Below, piece by piece: positions 10,288 to 21,378 of a stretch of DNA of 64,000 bases. The notes beneath the pieces were generated by a model, which was not told the origin of the DNA, did not search any database, and worked only from the letters and a program-made list of their open reading frames with translations. The DNA is taken from the NCBI GenBank assembly GCA_963775405.1, contig CAVZJI010000050.1, positions 8,748 to 72,747 on the forward strand. Reading direction: 5' to 3'. The stretch comes from an uncultured Alphaproteobacteria bacterium. GTDB taxonomy: Bacteria; Pseudomonadota; Alphaproteobacteria; Rhizobiales; Beijerinckiaceae. Position 1 is the stretch's first letter. Each line of letters opens with the position of its first letter. The position numbers and the translations under genes were made by a program.

Positions 10288-11313
10288 TCAGTTCTTCGGC
10301 TGCTCCTTTTGGGTTTCGCCGCCGGGCGTCTCGGTCGTCGGGCTCGCGCCAGACGGCGCCGCGCCCTCCGTCGCGGGCGCCGGTGTAGCGCCAGGCACCG
10401 CCGCGCCATCCGTCGCGGGCGCCGGCGTTGCGGCGGCCGGCGCAGTGGCCGTCATGATGCGGGCATAGTCCCCTTCGAACTTGGCATCCGCCAACGCAGC
10501 CTTGGAGATCGCTTCAGCGCCCTTCCTGCCGATATCGACCCGGACTTCGCGTTTCGCGAACTCATTGGCCTGGTCGCTGGTCAACGGCTTCGGATCCACC
10601 GACGTCACCTTGAAAAAGCTCGCGCTCCCTCGCGAACGTATGAAGTAAATGTCGTCGGGCTTCCGGGCGTCCAGCACCTTCAGCATCTCGGCGGGCATCG
10701 TTGCGCTGTCCAAGGTTGCAGTGCCGCGGCTGAATTTGATGTTCATTTCGTTCAGCTTCGCTTCAACCTGATCGAGCGACTTGAAATCCTTCGTCGCCGC
10801 CGCGAGGGCCTCCACGTCCTTCGGCGTCGTGAAGGAAATCTGGTCGACCTGGAACAGCTCCCGCTGGTCGAACTGCTTGGGATGGGCTTGGATGTAGCTG
10901 TCGATTTCGTTCTTGGAAACCGCGCTCATCTTGGACGACAGGTCGCGCTGAACAAAGGCGCCGGCAAGGATCTGCTCGCGCGAGCGCAAGAGATCGAGAT
11001 GCACGGTCGGTTCGCGATCGAGCTTCGCCGCGACCGCCTGCTGCACCAGATACTTGCGTTCGACGATGCGCGACAGCGCCGCCTTGACGATCTGGTCACT
11101 GCGCTTATCGGCCGGCACGTTGGCGAGGCGAAGCTCGTTGTCCAGTTCCTGCTGAGTCACATCGTCCGGGCCGACATGAGCGATCACCTGGCCGACTACG
11201 GCCTGCTCCGCTTGCTTCTTGCCGCATCCGGCGAGCAGCATCGCCGCCGGCAGAGCGCACGCGATCGCAGCGATGCGCCACCGGCGCCGAGACATTGGCG
11301 TTATGTGCAGCAA
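10288..11313 (-). CDS. EpsD-family peptidyl-prolyl isomerase-like lipoprotein
   Basis: Lipobox LAGC, GQVIAHV..DDVTQQEL, AVAAKLDREP..LLRSREQILA, EIDSYIQAHP. Confidence 0.75.
   Translation of the reverse strand: MLHITPMSRRRWRIAAIACALPAAMLLAGCGKKQAEQAVVGQVIAHVGPDDVTQQELDNELRLANVPADKRSDQIVKAALSRIVERKYLVQQAVAAKLDREPTVHLDLLRSREQILAGAFVQRDLSSKMSAVSKNEIDSYIQAHPKQFDQRELFQVDQISFTTPKDVEALAAATKDFKSLDQVEAKLNEMNIKFSRGTATLDSATMPAEMLKVLDARKPDDIYFIRSRGSASFFKVTSVDPKPLTSDQANEFAKREVRVDIGRKGAEAISKAALADAKFEGDYARIMTATAPAAATPAPATDGAAVPGATPAPATEGAAPSGASPTTETPGGETQKEQPKN
10357..10428. repeat. 42-bp-period imperfect tandem repeat in the EpsD tail
   Basis: CGCCGCGCC(C/A)TCCGTCGCGGGCGCCGG at 10357 and 10399; encodes ATPAPAT(D/E)GAA. 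Confidence 0.8.
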
Positions 11314-11656
11314 AGCTATTCTCCTGAGTTACAGCGAGACGACGCCCAGACGCGGGACTATCGCGAAATCATGACGAAGAGCCCGGCGGACGAGAAGTCT
11401 GAGCCCGCGCCGCCAAGCTGAGCCTACGCCCGAACCTGCTACCACATCTTTCCGGGCGTTAGCATCGACGAATGTGTCGAGCGGCCGATTATGCACATAA
11501 TATAGATGATATTTACGACAACTGCAACGATCCTGAACATTTCCGCTCCTGCAAGGGCGAGCGCGCTCGCTTCGTATTGCCTTTGCCGGATCTGATCTTC
11601 TGCGATGGTCCGCGCGCCAAAATCGCGGCTGGGCGCAGTTCATTGCCGCTCCGAAA

Positions 11657-11706
11657 CTTATGAAATCCTTACGCCCGGCCGCCCAATTCGCAATCGAAAG
11701 CTTACG
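11657..11706 (+). promoter_or_regulatory. Putative KdpE binding direct repeats
   Basis: CTTATG 11657, CTTACG 11668, CTTACG 11701; spacings 11 and 33 bp, upstream of kdp. Confidence 0.55.
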
Positions 11707-11746
11707 CGGGCTCGGCGCTAAGAACCGCTCCAGCAAGGAGTCGATC

Positions 11747-11848
11747 ATGCTCGACGTCGCATTCGTAGTGCTCGGTTTGGCGGTTTTGGCGTTGATGGGC
11801 GTCTACGCCCTCGCGACTGCGTCAGCTTTAGGAGCGTCCGATGAGTGA
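11747..11848 (+). CDS. Small hydrophobic peptide upstream of kdpF
   Basis: RBS AAGGAG; MLDVAFVVLGLAVLALMGVYALA; may really end ALRQL at 11831 if one base is a spurious insertion. Confidence 0.6.
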   Translation: MLDVAFVVLGLAVLALMGVYALATASALGASDE

Positions 11849-11927
11849 ACCGATCATCGGACTGGTCGTCGCCGTCGGGCTCGGCCTCTACCTCCTCTAC
11901 ACATTGATCCATCCGGAAAAATTCTAG
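11841..11927 (+). CDS. kdpF: K+-transporting ATPase subunit F
   Basis: [28 protein letters not shown], typical YL...L..PEKF; RBS AGGAG. Confidence 0.92.
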   Translation: MSEPIIGLVVAVGLGLYLLYTLIHPEKF

Positions 11928-11943
11928 ATCAAAAGGTGATGCG

Positions 11944-13654
11944 ATGACGCTCGTCGGCTGGGCGCAGATCGCGCTTGTGCTCGCTCTGGTTCTGGGCTGC
12001 GCCATACCGCTCAGCAAATTCATTGCCGACGTTTACGCAGGCGAAAGAACCTTTCTCAGCCCGGTCATCGGACCGGTCGAGCGCGGCTTTTACCGCTTGG
12101 CCGGGGTGGACCCGGCGCGCGAGCAGGACTGGTTTGCCTATACGATCGCGATGCTCGTCTTTTCCGTCGCCGGATTCCTCGTTCTCTACGGCGTCCAGAG
12201 GCTGCAAGGCTTGCTGCCGTTGAACCCGCGCGGCTTCGACGCCGTGCCGCCGGATCTCGCCTTCAACACCTCGATCAGCTTCATCACCAACACCAACTGG
12301 CAGAACTATGCCGGCGAGACGACGATGAGCCATCTGACCCAGATGCTCGGCCTCACCGTGCACAATTTCGTCTCCGCGGCGACCGGCCTCGCGATGGCCT
12401 TCGCGCTGGTGCGCGGCTTTGCGCGCTCCTCGGCGACCACGGTCGGCAATTTCTGGGCCGATCTGACCCGGATCACGCTCTACATCCTGCTGCCGATCGC
12501 TGTGGTCGGCGCATTTGTGCTGATCGCGCTCGGCGTGCCGCAGACGCTGGCCGGCGCGGTCGACGCAACGACGCTGGAAGGCGCGAAACAGACCATCGCG
12601 ATCGGCCCGATGGCGAGCCAGGAGATCATCAAGGAGCTCGGCACCAACGGCGGCGGCTTTTTCAACGCCAATTCGGCGCATCCGTTCGAGAACCCCAACG
12701 CCTGGACCAACCTTCATCGAGATCTGGGCGCTCCTGTTGATCCCGGTCGCTTCCGTTCTCGCCTTCGGCCGCGTCGTCGGCGACATTCGTCAGGGACGCG
12801 CGATCCTGGCCGCCATGGCCGTTTTTCTCATCGTCGGCGTCGGCGTCGCCTATTGGTCGGAGACCGCCGGAAATCCGATTCTGACAGCGCTGGGCGTCGA
12901 CCCGTCAGCCGGCAACCTCGAGGGCAAGGAGGTCCGCTTTGGTCAGGCGATGTCGGTGTTGTTCACCACCGGGACAAGCGGAACCAGCACCGGCGCGGTC
13001 AACTCGATGTTCGATTCCTATACTCCGCTCGGCGGCATTGTGCCGATGTTCAACCTGCTCGCCGGCTGCATCTGGCCGGGCGGTGTCGGCGCGGGGCTGT
13101 ACGGCTTTCTGGTCGTCGCGATCATCGCGGTGTTCGTCGCCGGGCTGATGGTCGGCCGCACGCCCGAATATCTCGGCAAGAAGATCGAAATGCGCGAAAT
13201 GAAATTCGCGATGCTGGCGGTGCTGATCTATCCGCTCGTGGTGCTCGGCTTCGCGGGCGCGGCCGTGCTGCTGCAGACGGCGCTCGATAGTATGAACAAC
13301 AGCGGCCCGCACGGCCTGTCCGAGGTTATCTATGCCTACGCGTCGGCCAACGCCAACAATGGCTCGGCCTTCGCCGGCCTGAACGGCAATACGCTCTGGT
13401 TCAACTCGACGCTCGGCATCGCGATGCTGCTCGGCCGCTTCGCCTATGTCGTTCCCGTGTTGGCGTTGGCCGGATCGCTGGCGGCGAAGAAGAAGATTCC
13501 GGCTTCGGCCGGCACCTTCCCGACCGACGGGCCGCTGTTCGTCGGCCTCTTGGTCGGCGTGATCGTCATTCTCTACCTCCTGCAATATTTCCCGGCGCTG
13601 TCGCTGGCGCCGATCGTCGAGCACTTCCTGATGCTCGGCGGCAAAACCTTCTGA
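11944..13654 (+). CDS. kdpA: K+-transporting ATPase subunit A (frameshift near 12712)
   Basis: [53 protein letters not shown] across two frames. Confidence 0.95.
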
Positions 13655-13666
13655 TCGGAGATCGAC

Positions 13667-15721
13667 ATGTCGTCGAAAGCCAAGCCGCAAGGCCTGTTCG
13701 ACAGCAAGATCATCGCCAGCGCCGCGATCGACGCGCTGCGCAAGCTCGACCCGCGGGCGCTGGCGAAGAACCCGGTCATCTTCGTCACCGAAGTGGTGTC
13801 GCTGATGGTGACCCTGTTCTTCATCCGCGATCTTGTGACCCACAACGGGACGGCTCGTTCTCGGGCCAGATCGCCGCCTGGCTGTGGTTCACGGTGCTGT
13901 TCGCCAATTTCGCCGAGGCGGTCGCCGAAGGGCGCGGCAAGGCGCAAGCCGACGCTTTGCGGCGCACGCGCAGCGACACCCGCGCCAAGCGCTATATCGA
14001 TCCCGAAAACCTTGGCGGCGTCGTCGAAGGCGTGAACGCGCTCGATCTTCGTCTGGGCGATGTCGTGCTGGTCGAAGCCGGCGAGGTCATTCCCGGCGAC
14101 GGCGAGATCCTCGAGGGCGTCGCCTCCGTCAATGAATCGGCGATCACCGGCGAGTCCGCGCCCGTCATCCGCGAGGCCGGCGGCGATCGCTCGGCCGTCA
14201 CCGGCGGAACGACCGTGCTGTCCGACTTCATCAAGGTGAGGATCACCGCCGCGCCGGGCTCGACCTTCATCGACCGGATGATCGCGCTGGTCGAGGGCGC
14301 CGAACGGCAGAAGACGCCGAACGAATTGGCGCTGTCGATTCTGCTGGCCGGGCTGACCATCATCTTCCTGATTGTCTGCGTCACGCTTGTGGCCGATCGC
14401 CAAATATTCAGGGACTGTCCTGTCGGCGACCGTCTTGATCGCGCTGCTCGTCTGCCTCATTCCGACGACGATCGGCGGCCTTCTCTCGGCCATCGGCATC
14501 GCCGGCATGGATCGGCTGGTCCGCTTCAACGTCATTGCGACCTCCGGCCGCGCGGTCGAGGCGGCGGGCGACGTCGATACGCTGCTGCTCGACAAGACCG
14601 GGACGATCACCTTCGGCAATCGCATGGCGACCGAGTTCTTGCCGGTCAGCGGCGTGAGGACCGAGGATCTCGCCGCCGCGGCGCTTGCCTCGAGCCTCGC
14701 CGACGATACGCCCGAGGGCCGCTCGATTGTCGCTCTCGCCAAGGGCGATTTCGGCCTCGCGGAGCCGAAGCTCGATCCCAAGACGACCGTCGTCGTTCCG
14801 TTCACTGCGCAGACCCGCATTTCGGGCGTCGACGTCGCTGGCCGCTGGATCCGCAAGGGCGCGATCGACTCGATCCTTCGCTATCTCAAGCTGCCGATTG
14901 AGAAGACGCCGCTCGAGTTTCGTCAGGCGGTCGAGCGGGTCGCAATGTCCGGCGGCACGCCTCTCGCGGTCGCCGAGGAGGGCCGGTTGTTGGGCGTCAT
15001 CCATCTCAAGGACATCGTGAAGCCCGGCATCAAGGAGCGTTTCGCGGCGATGCGCGCCATGGGCATCCGAACCGTCATGGTGACCGGCGACAATCCCGTC
15101 ACCGCCGCGGCGATCGCCTCCGAAGCGGGCGTCGACGACTTTCTCGCCGAGGCGACGCCGGAGGACAAGCTCGCCTATATCCGCAAGGAGCAGTCCGGCG
15201 GCCGACTGATCGCCATGTGCGGCGACGGCACCAATGACGCGCCGGCGCTCGCTCAGGCCGATGTCGGCGTCGCGATGCAGACCGGCACGCAGGCCGCGCG
15301 CGAAGCCGGCAACATGGTCGATCTCGACTCCAATCCGACCAAGCTGATCGAAATCGTCGAGATCGGGAAACAGCTGTTGATGACGCGCGGCTCGCTCACC
15401 ACCTTCTCGATCGCCAATGACGTGGCGAAATATTTCGCCATCCTGCCGGCGATGTTCGCGGCGACCTATCCGGTTCTCGGAACGCTCAACGTCATGCGCC
15501 TGACGTCGTCGCAGTCGGCGATCCTGTCCGCGGTCATCTTCAACGCTCTCATCATCATCGCCCTCATTCCCTTGGCGCTGAAGGGCGTCGCTTACCGGCC
15601 GGTCGGCGCGGCGGCGCTGCTCAGGCGCAATCTCCTCATCTATGGCCTGGGCGGCCTGATCCTGCCCTTCATCGGCATCAAGGCGATCGACGTCGTCGTC
15701 GCCGCCCTTCACCTCGCTTAA
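13667..15721 (+). CDS. kdpB: K+-transporting ATPase subunit B (frameshifts near 13853 and 14388)
   Basis: [31 protein letters not shown]. Confidence 0.95.
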
Positions 15722-15737
15722 ACCTTAGGCACAACCC

Positions 15738-16344
15738 ATGCTCCAGCACCTGCGTCCCGCACTCGTCCTCATCGTCCTGTTCAGCGTCCTCACCGGCCTT
15801 GTCTATCCGTTGGCGGTGACGGGGATCGCTCAGATCGCCCTGCCCTATCAGGCCAACGGAAGCCTGATCCAGAAGGATGGCGTCGTCGTCGGCTCGGCGC
15901 TGATCGGGCAGTGGTTCAAGAGCGACCGCTATTTTCATCCGCGTCCCTCGGCCACCAGCGACACCGACCCCAACGATTCGACGAAGACGATCGACGCGCC
16001 CTACAACGCCGACCAATTCGTCCGGCTCGAACCTCGGCCCGACCTCGCAAAAGCTCGTCGACCGGGTGAAGGGCGGCGTCGAGGCCTGGCGCGCGATGGC
16101 GGGCCCCGGCCCGGTTCCCGCCGACGCCGTCACGACATCGGCCTCCGGGCTCGATCCCGACGTCTCGCCAGAAACCGCCTTGGGCCAGGTCGCCTCGGTG
16201 GCGAAGGCGCGGGGCTTGCCCGAGGACAAGGTGCGGGCGTTGGTCGAAGGCGCGATCGACGGTCGGGCTTTAGGGTTGATCGGCGAGCCGAGAGTCAATG
16301 TTTTGCGGCTGAATTTGGCGCTGGATGGGTTAAAAGCGTCATGA
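15738..16344 (+). CDS. kdpC: K+-transporting ATPase subunit C (frameshift near 16012)
   Basis: [36 protein letters not shown]. Confidence 0.95.
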
Positions 16345-16360
16345 CGACCCACGAGCGCCG

Positions 16361-19065
16361 ATGGCCCCAACCAACCGACCCGACGCCGCACGCCCTGATC
16401 CGGACGCGCTTCTGGCGGCGTTCCACCGGGAGACTGCAGGCCGGCTGAAGGTTTTTCTCGGCGCCGCGCCCGGCGTCGGCAAGACCTACGCCATGTTGCA
16501 GAACGCGCGGCGCCTGAAGAACGAAGGCGTCGATGTCGTCATCGGGCTCGTCGAGACTCATGGCCGCGCCGAGACGAGCGCGCTCGTCGAAGGGCTCGAA
16601 ATCCTGCCGCGGCGCAAGATCGAATACCACGGCCGCACGCTCGAAGAATTCGATCTGGACGCGGCGCTCGAGCGCAAGCCCAAGCTGATCGTCGTCGACG
16701 AGCTCGCCCACACCAACGCTCCGGACAGCCGGCATCCGAAGCGCTGGCAGGACGTCCAGGAGCTGCTCGACGCGGGCGTCAGCGTCTGGACGGCGCTCAA
16801 CATCCAGCATCTCGAGAGTCTCGCCGACGTCGTGTCTCGCATCACCGGCGTCGCCGTGCGCGAGACCGTTCCCGACCGGGTCTTGCAGGAGGCCGCCGAC
16901 GTCGTTCTGGTCGATCTCACGCCCGACGAGCTCATCCAGCGCCTGAACGAAGGCAAGGTCTATGTGCCGGAGACAGCCCGGCGGGCGACGCAGAATTTCT
17001 TCACCCCCGGCAATCTGACGGCGTTGCGCGAATTGGCGCTGCGCCGCACCGCCAATCGCGTCGACGATCAGATGGTCGACTATCTGCGCGAGAAGGCGAT
17101 CGAGGGTCCGTGGGCGGCGTCCGAGCGCCTGCTCGCTTGCGTTGGAGCGGACGAGGTGTCGGAACGGGTCATCCGGCGCGCAAGCCAGCTCGCAACCGGC
17201 CTCAACGCAGACTGGATCGCCGTCACGGTCGAGACCATCGGCCAGGCTGAGCGACGCCAAGCGCGCCAACCGGCTCGCCAAAGTGTTCGGCTTGGCCGAG
17301 CGTTTGGGCGGGCAGACGATGCGCCTTCAGGGCAGCGACTATCCAAGCGACATTCTGAGACTCGCGGCGCGCGAAAATGTCACTCAGATCGTGCTCGGCC
17401 AGTCGCGGGCGGGACTATTGCGCCGCATTCTCGGTCGCTCGCTGCCGGAGGCGCTGATGCGCCGCGCCGGCGGAATAGAGATTCATATTGTTCCGGGCGA
17501 AGAGGCGCGACCGTCGTTGTGGCCGCGTCTGAAGCCGCTTCTCAGCCGGAGGGGGCTTGGAGCCGAGCTCGCGGTCGCGCTCGCCTCGGTCGCCGTCGCC
17601 GTCGCGGTCGCCGAAGCGCTCTCCGCCGTCCTCAAGCTTCCCAACCTGTCGATGATCTTCCTCACCGCGGTCCTGTTCTGCGCGGTGCGGTTTGGGACCC
17701 GCGCCGCGGTCCTCGCTTCGCTGGCGTCGTTCGCCGCTTACAACTTCTTCTTCATCGAGCCGATCTACACGTTCACGGTCGCGCAGCCCCAGGAACTGTT
17801 CGCGCTCCTCATTTTTCTTGCCGTCGCCGTGCTCACCGGATCGCTGACCGGGCGCATTCGCGACCAAAGGGAGACGGTGATCGGGAACGCGGAGGTCACC
17901 CAGTCGCTCTACGATTACTCGCGCAAGCTTTCCGGCGCGTTGCGCGCCGACGACGTGCTGTGGGCGGCCGCGGCGCATTTGCACGCGACATTCGGCGGCC
18001 GCATCGTGCTCCTGGTCGCGGAGGGGGACGAACTGCAAATTCGCGCCGCCTGGCCGCCCGACGCGCAACTCGACGCCGCCGCTCTCGGCGCCGCGAACTG
18101 GGCGCAGCAGAAAAAGGAGCCCGCAGGCTGGGGAACCGGGACGCTGCCGCGCATCGCCTATCAGTTTCGGCCGCTGCTCGCCGCGCGCGGGGCGATCGCG
18201 GTCTGCGGCTTCGAGCCCCATTCCGCGGATGAGCCGATCACTGCGGAGGACGAGCGGGCGCTGACCGCCATCCTCGATCTGACCGCGATCGCGCTCGACC
18301 GGGCGCTGCTCGCGCGCGAAGCGGTGAATGCGGCGACGATGCAGGAAAACGAGAAGGTGCGGGACGCGCTGCTCGATTCGCTCTCGCACGATCTGCGCAC
18401 GCCGTTGTCTTCGATCGCCGGCGCGGCGAGTTCGCTGCGCGCGCTTGGCGACAAGATGAGCCCGGCCGAACGTGCTCGAACTCCTGTCGTCGATCGAAGA
18501 GGAGACGGGGCGGCTCGCGCGCTTCGTCGCCAATCTGCTGGACATGTCGCGGATCGAAGCGGGCGGCCTCAAGGTCAATCGCGATCTGGTCTCCATCGCC
18601 GATGTCGTGCAGGGCGCGGTCGAGCGCAGCCGCAAGGCGTTCCCGGGCGAGCCCGTGCGCGTCAGCCTTGCGCCCAACCTGCCCTTCGTGCGCGGCGACG
18701 ACAAGCTGCTCGAGCAGGTGCTGTTCAACCTGCTCGACAACGCGCACAAATACGCGGGCGACGCCGGCGCGATTGTTCACGCCCGCCAGGAGGGCGGCGA
18801 GGTCGTGCTTAGCGTCACCGACGAGGGTCCCGGCATCAAGCCGGCGGAGCTCGAACGCATCTTCGAGAAGTTCTATCGTGGCGGACGCTCGGACGGGCGC
18901 AAGGCGGGCACCGGCCTTGGCCTCTCGATCTCGCGGCGCCTGGTCGAAGCGATGGGCGGCGCAATCGTGGCGCAGAGCCCGGCGGTGCGCCGGCGCGGCG
19001 CCCGATTTGTCGTGCGCCTTCCCGCCGCCCAGGCGACGCCGATAGCGCCGAGCCCGGCCGCATGA
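16361..19065 (+). CDS. kdpD: Sensor histidine kinase KdpD (frameshifts near 17247 and 18475)
   Basis: [21 protein letters not shown], Usp region, four TM segments, [14 protein letters not shown]. Confidence 0.95.
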
Positions 19066-19782
19066 CCGGCCCGCGCGTTCTGGTGGTCGACGACGAGCCG
19101 CAAATTCAGCGGTTTCTCACCGTTGCGCTCACCGCCGCCGGCTTTCAGGTGCAAACGGCCGAGACCGGCGCCCAGGCTTTGCGGCTGGCGGCGACCGGCG
19201 CGCCCGATCTCATCGTTCTCGACCTCGGCCTGCCCGATCGGGACGGCAAGGACGTTCTGCGCGACATCCGCCAGTTCTCGACGACGCCGGTGATCATCCT
19301 GTCCGCGCGCGATCGCGAGGCGGAGAAGATCGAGGCGCTCGATCTCGGCGCCGACGATTATGTCGAGAAGCCGTTCGGCATCGGCGAATTGACCGCGAGG
19401 CTCAGAGCTGCGCTGCGACACGCGGCCCAATCGGCCCAGCCCGTTCAGCGGGTGGAGGTCGACGGGCGTCGTCATGGACTTCGACAAGCGTCTCGTCACC
19501 CGCGACGGGGAGCCGATCAAGCTGACGCCGAAGGAATACGACCTGCTCGCGGTCCTCTTTCGCAACGCCGGCCGAGTGGTGACCCATCGCCAAATTCTGG
19601 CTTCGGTCTGGGGGCCGGCGCACCACGAGGACACCCAGTACCTCAGGGTCTTCATCGGCCAGCTCAGAGCCAAGATCGAGCGCGATCCGACGACGCCCGC
19701 GATCGTCAAAACGGAGCCCGGCGTCGGCTACCGGGCCGCCGAGCCTGAGGCGCGCTCCGCATCCCCCGATAACGGCCACTGA
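19062..19782 (+). CDS. kdpE: Response regulator KdpE (frameshift near 19464)
   Basis: VDDEPQI, DLGLPD, ALDLGADDY, LTPKEY, YLRVFIGQLRAKIE. Confidence 0.95.
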
Positions 19783-19845
19783 ACAATTCTTCGGCGCCCT
19801 GCTTTGTTTACGGGCGCCTACCCCTGCGAATCCTTGGAGATTCGT

Positions 19846-19861
19846 TGGCACGCTCGTTGCG
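19846..19861 (+). promoter_or_regulatory. Sigma54 -24/-12 promoter of the urt operon
   Basis: TGGCACGCTCGTTGC with GG-N10-GC spacing. Confidence 0.85.
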
Positions 19862-19936
19862 AAAGTGGACCTCTGGCCCCTAGTGGGGTCGAGCTTCCGC
19901 CGCCCTGCTTCACGGGCGCAAGCGACGAGGGTGAAC

Positions 19937-21236
19937 ATGTCGTTGACGAGACGGATATTTCTACGCGCCGCCGGCGCGGCCCTGGGAGGGGCGCTTGCGC
20001 TTGGAGCCACCGCGGCGTTCGCGGCCGACGATACGATCAAGATCGGCATTCTGCATTCGCTGTCCGGCACGATGGCGATCAGCGAGACCACGCTCAAGGA
20101 CGTGATGCTGATGCTGATCGACGAGCAGAACAAGAAGGGCGGCGTGCTCGGCAAGAAGCTCGAGGCGGTCGTGGTCGACCCGGCTTCGAACTGGCCGCTG
20201 TTCGCGGAGAAGGCCAAGGAGCTGATCGAGAAAGACAAGGTCTCGGTCGTATTCGGCTGCTGGACTTCGGTGTCGCGCAAGTCGGTGCTGCCGGTGTTCA
20301 AGGAGCTCAACTCGATCCTGTTCTATCCCGTCCAATACGAGGGCGAGGAATCGGAGCGCAACGTCTTCTATACCGGCGCCGCGCCCAACCAGCAGGCGAT
20401 TCCCGCCGTCGATTATCTGATGAGCGAGGACGGCGGTTCCGTGAAGCGCTGGGTGCTCGAAGGCACCGACTACGTCTATCCGCGCACCACCAACAAGATC
20501 CTCGCCGCCTATCTGAAATTGAAGGGCGTGCCCGACGAAGACGTGATGATCAACTACACGCCGTTCGGCTTCTCCGACTGGCAGACCGAAGTGTCGAAGA
20601 TCAAAGCGTTCGGCTCGGCCGGCAAGAAGACGGCCGTGGTGTCGACGATCAACGGCGACGCCAACGTGCCCTTCTATAAGGAGCTCGGCAACCAGGGCAT
20701 CAAGGCGACCGACATTCCCGTCGTCGCCTTCTCGGTCGGCGAAGAAGAACTCGCGGGCCTCGACACCAAGCCGCTGGTCGGCCACCTCGCCGCGTGGAAC
20801 TACTTTGAGTCGATCGACACGCCGGCGAACAAGGACTTCATCGCCAAGTGGCATGAGTTCACCAAGAAGCCGAACCGCACCACCAACGACCCGATGGAGG
20901 CGCATTACATCGGCTTCAACATGTGGGTGAAGGGCGTCGAGAAGGCTCAGAGCTTCGAGCCGGACAAGGTGATCCCCGCGATGATCGGCGTCGCAGTCCC
21001 CAATCTGACGGGCGGCATCTCGACGATGATGACCGAACCATCACATCACCAAGCCCGTCTATATCGGCGAGATCCAGGCCGACGGCCAGCTCAACACGGT
21101 CTGGCAGACGCCGGCGCCGGTCGTGGCGCAGGAATGGTCGCCCTACCTCGAGGGTTCGAAGGACCTGATCGCCGACTGGCGCGCGCCGATGACGTGCGGC
21201 AACTTCAACGTCAAGACGGGCAAGTGCGGCGGCTGA
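19937..21236 (+). CDS. urtA: Urea ABC transporter substrate-binding protein (frameshift near 21032)
   Basis: GILHSLSGTMAISE, FGCWTSVSRKSVLP, YPVQYEGEE; Tat-like TRRIFL. Confidence 0.95.
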
Positions 21237-21272
21237 CCAAAGCCTGAAAAGCGGCCGACCATCGTCGGCCAT

Positions 21273-21300
21273 CGGCAGGAGCCCAGCTGGGCTCCTGCCG
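21273..21300. repeat. Perfect 28-bp palindrome between urtA and urtB
   Basis: CGGCAGGAGCCCAGCTGGGCTCCTGCCG equals its reverse complement. Confidence 0.9.
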
Positions 21301-21378
21301 CGCTCTTAACCGGCCTGGATTTTCGCTGCGCCACGTCGCACGATGCGACCGAGATCGAATGTCGCAGTTGAAAGGAAC

